DNA of 64,000 bases, taken from the NCBI RefSeq assembly GCF_009914755.1, contig NC_060925.1; one strand, 5' to 3'. The position numbers and the translations under genes are program-made. Numbering within the stretch: position 1 is the first letter of the stretch; each line of letters starts with the position of its first letter. The stretch comes from the human T2T-CHM13v2.0 reference genome, Homo sapiens. The notes below the pieces were generated by a model. That model saw nothing but the letters and a program-made list of their open reading frames with translations. It did no database searches and was not told the origin of the DNA. This document shows, piece by piece, positions 1 through 9,750 of the stretch.

Positions 1-772
1 CCCGTGCAGTCTAGATCCTGGATATTCAGGCTTCTTATTCTGAAGGTGAAAATCAATCAGCTGGGCTACGGCTCTGACGTTTTAGTGGACTTATTTTCCT
101 GGTCCTCGCCTGAAGTTTGGTAATAACCAGACCAGTTCAGACAGGTGGAGTGCTGACTGACCTCTACCACCCAACTGGGTGCACTTGGCTGGCTGTGTCT
201 CAGTAGACTGGTTCTTTGTTGGATAAAGGAGATTGACGTGGGAAAAGGTGAGCCAGCATAAAGTAAATTCTGTTCTCATTCTCTCCTCCTGTAGACAAAT
301 TTTGTAGCTGCCTTCATTCTTCCTTGGACCTTATATCTCCCAGGCTAAGTAGGAATTTGGAATCAAGACGAGATAATTGCTTACCCTCTTTGAACAGTTA
401 CTACATGGCAGGCAATGTTCTAGTGCTTTAAGTATATCATGTCAATTGTTTCTCATAGCAGCCCACTGGTAGAGTTACTAAGTTAGATAGTTTTTCTAGA
501 TAAAAAGCTTCATGCTTACATACATTGTTTGAAGAAGGTATTTGGTTAGAATCCTGTCATGTGATCAGCTATTTTGGGTCCACCACCTCCATCACCACCA
601 TCCCATTACCTCCTACCATCACTTTCATTACCACCACCACCATCTCTGTCTCCACTGTTAACTCTTAACACTGTGTCCATGACCAGACGTCAAATGTTAA
701 CAGGGACTTGTCAAAAAAGCAAAAAGCTGAGATGTGTTAGGCAGGGACATCTTTAACTTGAGCTATTTGGAC

Positions 773-775
<3 letters not shown>

Positions 776-806
<31 letters not shown>

Positions 807-874
807 AGGTAGGTCCCACTATATCACTCAGGCTGGTCTTGAATCATTGGTCTCAAGTGACCCTCTCACCTCAG
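776..874 (-). mobile_element. 5'-truncated FLAM/Alu monomer with T30 tail
   Basis: T30 at 776-805, Alu-monomer sequence, TSD TATTTGGACAA at 764-774 and 875-885. Confidence 0.85.
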
Positions 875-1419
875 TATTTGGACAATTGAAGCTAAATTTT
901 TCATTAACTTGGTTTCTTCCTTCTTTTCTTTATCTTCTATAATTTCGGTCTTCAAATGTGAGATTGCTTACCAGGCAGCTTAACATTTCTTTAGTCAGTG
1001 GAGTTGCATCAAGCACTGGACTCTGAGAGAACTGGAAACCAACAAAGTCCTTGGCCTATTTGGAATTCACCTTAGCAAAAAACACTAGGAAATCAGATAA
1101 AATGCCTGAGCCATCCCCGCAAATTGAACTATCTTCTGAGGGCTAGGGAGTTGTATGTTGACCAATTGTTAAAATTATGTCCTAATTCCAGTTTTTCATC
1201 ATATCCAGCAATTCAAAAGCTTCTGTTCAAGAGAAGTAGTAGATAATAGGGATGGTAATGGGAGTTAAGGCATGCTGCCTGTGTGTGCACAAGAAAAGGA
1301 AGAAAATAAAATTAGCATACTATGACAAAAATATACAAGGAGATATAGGTATCTTGAGATTCTGAATTCAATAATGTGATCAGAGAAGCTTTCATAAATG
1401 TGCTGGCTATGAAGGCATA

Positions 1420-2010
1420 TCTACTGGAGAAATCTTTCCAAAGCACAAATCTGATCATGCCCTGCCCCTGCTTAGAACCCCACAGTGTCTCCCTATGGCC
1501 CATAGGATAAAGTCCAAGCCCTTTGATGGCATCCAAGTCCTCCACAATCTGGACTCTGCTCACCTCTCCAAGCTTACTTCCTGCCGCCATTCCTCTCACA
1601 ACCTAGGCTCTCGCCATTTTAATCTTCTGGCCAGTCCTCCAACACTCAGTTTGTTTCTGTCCTGAAGACCTTACCCATGTGCTACTTTTGCTTGCATCCT
1701 CCTGGTCCTGCCTAACATGCTGCCATTCCGTGAACTCCTAACCATCTTTCACAATCCCAGCCAGGGAAGCCTTTCCCACTCTGCAGACAGAGCTGGCCAC
1801 TTCCTCCTTCATGCCCCCATGAAGGCCTGCATATATGCAGCACCTCTCACTGTGTTACTAATATCTCTTTGCATGTCTTTTTTTTATGCCAGATGGTGAG
1901 CTATTTGAGGGTAGAGAATGTGTCTTAGTTATCTTTATACAACAGCAACAAGCACTGTGCTAGGCTCAGAGTAGATATTCAATAATGTTTATTCTGATTT
2001 TTTGCATGAA
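1420..2010 (+). mobile_element. L2 LINE 3' fragment
   Basis: Degenerate L2 3' end (..tgtgctaggctcagagtagatattcaataatgttt..); boundaries approximate. Confidence 0.6.
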
Positions 2011-3190
2011 CTAGTTCTTACTTCTGTTAAATACTATACACTACCAGAGTTAAGGATTGGAGTATGCTCTTTATAAGAGGGGGAAAAAAGGGGGAACCCT
2101 TCTTAGGGGCTTATTTGTAAGAGTCCACATGTAGAGGTCACCATCGCCAAAATGGAAGCCTCCAGAGTAAAACATAAGCTGTTAAAAATGAATTGAGCTG
2201 GTTACTATTTTTGCACCTGACCTACTTTTTGGTTACTTCTGCTGTTGCAAAAACTTCCATTCTTATAAATGAACCAAACCACTTTTTGATGGTTTTGTAT
2301 TCTCTCCTCTTAAGGTAGCTTTTTACTGAAACAAAAATCTGCACAGTCTCTGAAACCCAGCTTTAATGCAAAGGCATCTATGGAAGAGTATTATTCCCAG
2401 TAGGACCAACTTCCAAAGAACTCTCTCAATTGTTTTTCCATGGAAGAGTTTAAGGCCAAGAATAGCAAATCTATCCACCACGATGATGGCACTTATTTCC
2501 TTAGTGCTTGTGGTTGTGCCCCCTGGAGAGCAGGAAGGGTTAGATGCCAGTTACCTCCCGCCACCTCTTCCCAGCTTTGGGCTTGCCCTTTCTGAGCTGT
2601 AAGGCTGCCTGAAGCTGTGTCTCTGCTGGTTGGATGAAGATGGGACTCTGGCAGTGGAATATTTTTCAGTCCAGATCCCTTCTTTGTTACCATTTGATTT
2701 TCTTTTTTTTTTTTTTTTTTTTTTTGTTGCAATGCCTCGGTAGTTGTTGATTTGCAGAAAACAATTGGTGAGTTTTTAAATGTAGGATATTGTAACATCA
2801 CATAGTGTTGTGAACTAGGGTAAGGGGAGTAGAACTGTATTGGCAGAGAGTGCTAAAGGAGAAGGCAGAATCCTGGCTCAGGATCTGGTATAAAACACAC
2901 AGGAAACAACTAAAGAATCCTTTATTACTGCTTTATTTACGAAGACCGCTATTAATAACAGCAAATTATTTAAAGGGCAGCTGGGTTAAAAGGATGCTGA
3001 GTAAAACACCAAGGACTTGATTCTGTTGTGGTTGGTGATAACCTACAATAGTTACCAAGTAAATGCAGACTCTTTCAAATTTCCCAGTTTCCCAGAGGCA
3101 CAACCTGAAGTCTTCAACCACCACTAACAGGAGAAAATATGTTTAAAAGAATACTAAGGAGCTTTCAAAAGGATTAAGAAATGGCTCGGG

Positions 3191-3497
3191 GGCCGGGCGC
3201 GGTGGCTCACACCTGCAATCCCAGCACTTTGGGAGGCAGAGGCGGGCAGGTCACGAGGTCAGCAGATCGAGACCATCCTGGCTAACACGGTGAAACCCAG
3301 TCTCTACTAAAAATACAAAAAATTAGCCAGGTGTGGTGGCAGGCGCCTGTAGTCCCAGCTACTAAGGAAGCTGAGGCAGGAGAATCGCTTGAACCAGGAG
3401 GCGGAGTTTGCAGTGAGCCGAGATCGCGCCACTGCACTCCATTCTGGGGCGATAGAGCGAGACTCCGTCTCAAAACAAAGAAAAAAAAAAAGAAAGA
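3191..3497 (+). mobile_element. Alu (AluSc/AluY-like) inserted at the head of an older Alu
   Basis: Full dimer starting GGCCGGGCGCGG; TSD AAGAAATGGCTCGG at 3176-3189 and 3498-3511. Confidence 0.95.
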
Positions 3498-3591
3498 AAG
3501 AAATGGCTCGGCTGCGCTCCATTCTGGGGCGATAGAGCGAGACTCCGTCTCAAAACAAAGAAAAAAAAAAAGAAAGAAAGAAATGGCTCGG
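3432..3591 (+). repeat. 80-bp tandem duplication of Alu 3' end, tail and TSD
   Basis: 3432-3511 and 3512-3591 are identical except at one position. Confidence 0.95.
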
Positions 3592-3888
3592 CGTGGTGGC
3601 TCACACCTGTAATCCCAGCACTTTGGGAGGCTGAGGCAGGCAGATCACTTGATGTCAGGAATTCGAGAACAGCCTGGCCAACATAGTGAAACCCTGTCTC
3701 TACTAAAAATACAAAAATTAGCCTGGCACGGTGGTGCGTGCCTGTAATCCAAGCTACTCAGGAGGCTGAGGTACAAGAATTCCTTGAACCCGAGAGGCAG
3801 AGGTTGTAGCGAGCCGAGATTACACCACCGCACTTCAGCCTGGACAAAAGAGTAAGACTCCATCTCAAAAAAAACAAACCAAAAAAAA
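3585..3888 (+). mobile_element. Alu (AluS-like)
   Basis: Full dimer with A-rich tail. Confidence 0.95.
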
Positions 3889-4028
3889 GGTAAGAATGGA
3901 GAGTCTGGGAGGAAAAGTTATAGGAGTCAGAATTATTTGCTGACAGATTTTGATAGTCAGCAATGCACCCAGAACTGTGCTTTTAAAGACAGGTGATATG
4001 TCTGCTGCTGAACAGAAGAAAAGGAAAT

Positions 4029-4070
4029 AGATTTGCAATGGAGGCACAGAGATTTGCAATGGAGGCACAG
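4029..4070. repeat. 21-bp perfect tandem duplication
   Basis: AGATTTGCAATGGAGGCACAG x2. Confidence 0.95.
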
Positions 4071-5348
4071 ATAATGGCTAGGGGGAACTTTGAATGATGA
4101 AGACAGTTGACTTTAAAGCAGCAAGAGTGGCTTTCTGGGTAACGTGGAAAATTCTGGATAATGTGGGAAATAGGTAAAGGATAAAGATGCATGCTTATGA
4201 CTGTTTCCATGCTAACTCGGGAGCACACAAAGCCAAAGAAAATTCTGTCCTTCCAGATCTCTAGCTCATAGATCCCCAAAATTTTTGTGTCCTATGGAAA
4301 ATGCTAAGTTGGTGTGGGCTCCAACTCATATTTTAAAGCCTTTAATTGCAATGATGTGTTTATTCAATTCAGCAAATACTCAAAGTGCTAGCGTTCTTGG
4401 CTCAAAAAACTGACTTGCATCATATTTTTCATACATCTGCTGACTCTATTCACAATGACTGGAGCAACCATCCACAGTTGTGATCAAATTCTCCTCGAAG
4501 CTATCCATACTTGGCAGCCTTAAGGTCTATAAATGCTGAGTCTCCAGGCCAATCAGTTTAACTGTGCCCCAAGTTAGAAGCTTGAAAAGAGTTGATAGGA
4601 TAAGCAGCAGACAGAATAGAGAGCCTTTGCTTTCTTCACCCTCTCTTCTAGAATCCAAATTTGTCCCCTGCACTGGAGTTAGAAAAGCTACCTGAAAGTC
4701 TTGCCACTATTCTTGGAATATTCAATACCAATTACTCCCTGGGCCTCAGTTTCTTCATCATAAAATGAGGGAGCTTGATGTTTCATCTATAAGGTTTCAT
4801 TTCATTCAGAAGCCACTCTTCCAAGGGAAGAAAAGAAGGCTTTTTCTTAAAAAAAAAAAAAAAAAAGGACTTTTCCTCCTTTGCTTACCCATTTTCCAAG
4901 GTGTCTCTCTCATATCTGAGATTTCCTTCTGCGCCTCAGACTTGGTCATGCCTTACCTTTTTCTTTACCTCAAAGACTTGTGAGAATTCAAGGGCACTGT
5001 GCATCTGAAATTACTGTGTGGCATCAAAAGCAAAATACAGATTTAAGATAATGTTTCTTATATTTTTTGCCCTTTCTTCACACCGGAACACAGCTAGAAC
5101 TCTGGGATCCTCCTGAAAGGACCTTCAGCAATTTTCAGTTGCCAAATAAATAGCTCTAGATACAAAGGGAAGTGCCTTGATCTATCAGGGTTATTTTGTT
5201 GAGTGAATGAATGAGAATTTTACTTATGAGGGGAGAAAAAGGAGATCAGCTGGCAGGAGAAATCTACGTTGTTCCGACCCGTGCTTTATATATTTAGTTG
5301 TTGCCGCGGCACTTTTCCCATTCAGACCAGGGCCCAAGGAGTAATTAA

Positions 5349-5664
<316 letters not shown>

Positions 5665-7194
5665 CAGGAGTAATTAATCTTAAACAAGCTATCTTTAGCA
5701 AGCAAAAGCATCTTACAAAGTACAGTAACTGAGGCTATCAAGCATGTAAAGAAAGCATTTTCTAGAAGCTTAGAGATGGATCCCCGAACACTCTGTAACC
5801 CTCTGTTAACAGTCTAAGGAATTCTGTTCTGAATTTGGGGGCTCTTCTCCAGGCAGTCAGGGTTTTGAATTCTATTTACAATTCCTCTGCTCTCTATGGC
5901 CTAGAATGATTGAACCAAGTCTCTAGATCACTGTAGGAGACATCAACCTTTAACAATACATTCTTGAGGAGAAGAGACTCGTGTAAGAAACTATCTTGTA
6001 AGAAGGGATGAGAATTACCCTAATGATGTAACTGACAACACAGTTTCTAGTTTTTCCTTTCTTTCCTTCCTTCTCCATTTTTTCCAGTTTCATATCCTTG
6101 TTTGTTCATGCTACATGAATACTTGAAGTTGATAGAGTTGGCTTTAACTTAGGAACCTTTGCTTAGAAAGTCAATATCCTGGCCTTTCCCAGAGTACTTG
6201 ACTTCCTGCAAACCTTGTTAATAATACTTTGTTTTTTAAAATGTTGGAGAACTTCAGCCATTGCAGCCTCTTGCTAAGAAGCAAAAGCTATAATGACAGA
6301 GAAGCCCCAAAGTGCAGTGGAACCAGGGATCTCCGGGGAGAGTGGTGGTTTCCTGGGCCCCCCCAGAGAACCCAAGGCTGTGCTGGAGATGCTGCCGTGA
6401 CAGGTGGAGGCGTGGAGAGGCACCTGGCAAGTCCTCAAACGCCTCCCCCTTGATTTAGCTCCTCTAGCTAAGGATACGCATTCCTTTGGGTTTCAGGTTT
6501 TTCTTCCCTAAAAAGAGAATCCCCAAACTGGACAAGCAGGTTACATTCACACAATAGCGTGAATGAATTCGCTGGTCGCCCTTCAGATTCTCATTTTGGA
6601 ATCTCGAAGAAAGAGAGGTGGTGGGAGGAGGGCGCTTGAAACTTCTGGCGATGCCAGTTCAGATCGATTCCAGCTATGACGGAGCGGGAAGTGGATAAAG
6701 AGGACCCCAAGTCACAGGAGGCACTCTGAGAGCACCAAGCGCCCGGGGAGGCCATCCGCAGGTGGGCGCGGGGCCTGGATTCCACAGAGGGGCGGAGTCC
6801 CTCAGTCAGGCGCTGGCTGCAATCACACCCGAGCGCCAGCCCCCTCCAGCATCCCTGAGTCCCAGAGGAGATCGCCGAAGCGCTGGAAAAGCCGTTCCGC
6901 CCACGACTTCTGGTGCCGGGTCGGCGGCGACTGGGGGAGCCCAGTTCCGAGACCGTACCGCACCCACTGCGGACCTCCTGGGCCCTACATAGTAGGCGGG
7001 TCATGCAGGGCAGCGGGAGGAGGGGCGTGGGAGGGCCAAGGCCGCCGAGTCCCCGCTGTTCAGCCAGCAGGAGCGCCCCGCAGCCCTCCCGGGACACGGT
7101 GGACACGCTTGTCCCAGACCTGGGCGCCCTCCTGCCGGGAGCCAGGACTGGCCGCAGCAGGCGCTGTCCGGGCCCGTGGGCGGGGTTTCGGGAG

Positions 7195-7290
7195 GGGGCG
7201 GAGCCAGGCCCACGGCCGGTGTCAGGTTGCTCCGGTAACGGTGACGTTTCGCGGCGTGGGCGGGGCCAGCACGCAGGTTGCATATTTTAG
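7195..7290 (+). promoter_or_regulatory. ATP1A1: ATP1A1 proximal promoter: GC boxes, X-box-like site, ATF/CRE, TATA-like box
   Basis: GGGGCGGAG 7195-7203; GTTGCTCCGGTAAC 7226-7239; TGACGT 7242-7247; GGGCGGGG 7258-7265; CATATTTTAG 7281-7290, the only AT-rich patch nearby. Confidence 0.8.
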
Positions 7291-7581
7291 GAAGTGAGGA
7301 GGAGGCGCGGGCTGGAGCTGCGGCGGGGTCTGGGGCGCAGAGCAGCGGCGGGAGGAGGCGGACACGTGGCAACAGCGGTAGCAGCCCGGGCGGCGGCAGC
7401 AACAGCGGCGGCGGCATCGGCCCGAGCCGCCGGCCGCCCTCCCACCCTCCCGCCCCGCGGCAGCCCTAGCTCCCTCCACTTGGCTCCCCTGGTCCCGCTC
7501 GCTCGGCCGGGAGCTGCTCTGTGCTTTTCTCTCTGATTCTCCAGCGACAGGACCCGGCGCCGGGCACTGAGCACCGCCACC

Positions 7582-7593
7582 ATGGGGAAGGGG
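7582..7593 (+). CDS. ATP1A1: ATP1A1 exon 1 coding part (MGKG)
   Basis: Perfect Kozak gccaccATGg, then GGG|GTGAGT donor. Confidence 0.97.
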
Positions 7594-8298
7594 GTGAGTG
7601 TCCGGCGCGCCCGGGGAGGGGGCTCGGGGAGCCCTCGAGGGGAAGAGGAGGAAGTCGGGAGGGCGACCGCGGCCAGCGGGAGGCGGCGGAGGAGGAAGCG
7701 GCGCCGCGTGGAGTGGGCTGGCAGAGCCGCGCGGCTTAAAAGACGACGCAGTTTGGAAATGGAGGGAGCGCAGTAACGGGGGGCGGGGGAAGGGAGCGCC
7801 GAGGGGCTGGAGCGCGGCATTGCTTAGGGGGGTGGGCGGACCCTGGGCGGGGGCTGCGCGCCCCGGAGGCCGAGCGGGCCGGGGGCTCCGAGAGGCGGTG
7901 CTTGGGAAGCCTCGGGGCCGGGAGGAGGGGGCTTGCAGCAGCGGGGGCGGCCCCGGGACTGAGCCGGCATCCCTGAGCCTGGCTCCCCTCCCTGCGACCG
8001 CCGTCACCTCCTTCTCCTTCCTTTTCCCTCCGCCCTCCGTGCCCTGAGGAAAGGCGCGCTCCTCCCCTTCCCCTGGGGCGCTCCGCCGGGGCCCCTCCCG
8101 GGCCTCCGTTCCCGCCGCGGCCCCGGTTCCGGCGGGGGCAGCCTCCGGGTTCGGGGCTCCTTCTCCTGGGGACGCTGGGGCTTAGCTTGCTCCGCGCAGA
8201 GGCGGCCGCCCTCCCCCAAAGAAAAAACTGGCTGCTTCTAAGTGCGAAGCCGGCTGGGCGGGCTGGTGCCAGAAAGGGTGTGTCTTCACTGCCCTAAG

Positions 8299-8310
8299 AT
8301 GGCCTTTAAG
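8299..8310 (+). CDS. ATP1A1: ATP1A1 alternative first exon coding part (MAFK)
   Basis: aagATGGCCTTTAAG|GTATAC is phase 0 and in frame with exon 2; matches a recalled MAFK-start isoform. Confidence 0.75.
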
Positions 8311-9723
8311 GTATACTTTTGAGGGCTTTCTTGGGCCACTTTCCGTAAACACAGGATGCACCGATGGCAACTGGAGTTGTCATCCGATGGTGGGGAGAGG
8401 CGTGCAGATTTTTTTTGAAGGGACGAGCCCTGAAGGAGGATAGGCAGACCCACCAGGGCCTCAGGGTACAAGAAACCCGAAAAAGGACTGGAGGCTGCAG
8501 GCAATACGGTGGTAGGAATCTCTGCCGGTTTCCAGCGTCGCGGAAGCACCAAAGGGCGGTCCCTGAAGGAAACGAGGGGTCTTGGGGCTGGAGAGCGGCG
8601 CGGAGCGTGGTGGGAATATCGTCACAACGCCGCTGTCCTACATTTCTGTAGCGAAGACTTGATTACCCCTAGCTATTACCCGTGCAGGAGACTGGGCCCT
8701 GGACCCCAAATGAGCCAAAGTCTAGTTGAGAAAAATTTACACAGAATAACCTCGGAGTTCATGGGGTGAAAGTGACCATGTCATGAGAATACAAATGGGA
8801 GAGAATCCACTTCGTTGTCTCCAGGGTTTAGCACAGTGCAGACACTGAGTAGGTCTTTGAAGGCCCTGAGGCTTCTGGGTGTAGACAGAGTGTCGGGAGC
8901 AGAGGGAGGCTGCACTCCTTGGGGACTCTAAGGGAGTTTTAAAGGAGGTAATTGAAAGGCTTGGACCTGGTGGGGAGAACAGGCACAAGTGGAAATGCAC
9001 AACTCGCCTCGCTTTTAAAAGCATGCAGCGTGGAGGGCTGGTCCAGGTCAGGTGGCATCAAAGAGCGGAGTACAGGGCCTCTCCATTCCCCTGATGGAGT
9101 CTGGGTTAGTGGCCTGTGCTTTTACCACACCGTCAAACCCTTGATCATTTCTGTAAACATGCACTTTAAAGCTCATTCTTTGTCTCTCCTGCCTTAAAAG
9201 AAAAAGAAAAAAGTTTACTTCCTGAGCTAATTTTGGGGGGTTTAGACATCACAGATGTGTGCCCCAAGCCTAGGAAGGTGAAGTGACTTGCTCAAGGTCA
9301 AACGGTTGGCTAGTGACAGACTAGGCGTCCCTGATTCTTGAACAGCCTGTGGCCTCAAGCCTGAACATGCATTTACTCTTTAACATTGAGTTCTTTATAC
9401 AGAACTCAGAACTTCGGATGAAACGGGGTATTTGTGATGTTGAATTAATAGGCCATGGAGATGGTTTGGGTAACTAAGTTATGTCCATTTATCTAGATGT
9501 CTCCTTTATAACCACACACAGGCACACATGCACAGTAGTGATGCGGTGGTAACCCACCTGAATAGTTAGTAGAGCTTAAACCCAGATGTCTTACAACAAA
9601 ATGTATAGTGGCTAGCAAACACAAGATTAAATTACAGCTGCGAACACTGGGATGATGAGCTGCTTGGCTGCTGGGTGGTAGTTAGCATTTTGAGTATTCT
9701 GATACATTAAACATTAGTTTACT

Positions 9724-9750
9724 TGTGTGTGTGTTTGTGTGTGTGTTTGT
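9724..9750. repeat. Interrupted (TG)n microsatellite in intron 1
   Basis: tgtgtgtgtgtttgtgtgtgtgtttgt. Confidence 0.8.

Larger units (their letters stand above)
6700..8650. promoter_or_regulatory. ATP1A1: CpG island spanning the ATP1A1 promoter, exon 1 and the alternative first exon
   Basis: Very high GC and dense CpG compared with the CpG-depleted flanks. Confidence 0.95.

Noticed and set aside
6591-8219. Long overlapping ORFs (230, 261, 177 and 149 aa) on both strands
   Set aside because: Expected stop-codon scarcity in a CpG island; low-complexity Pro/Arg/Gly/Ala content, mostly non-ATG starts, and no recognisable domain.
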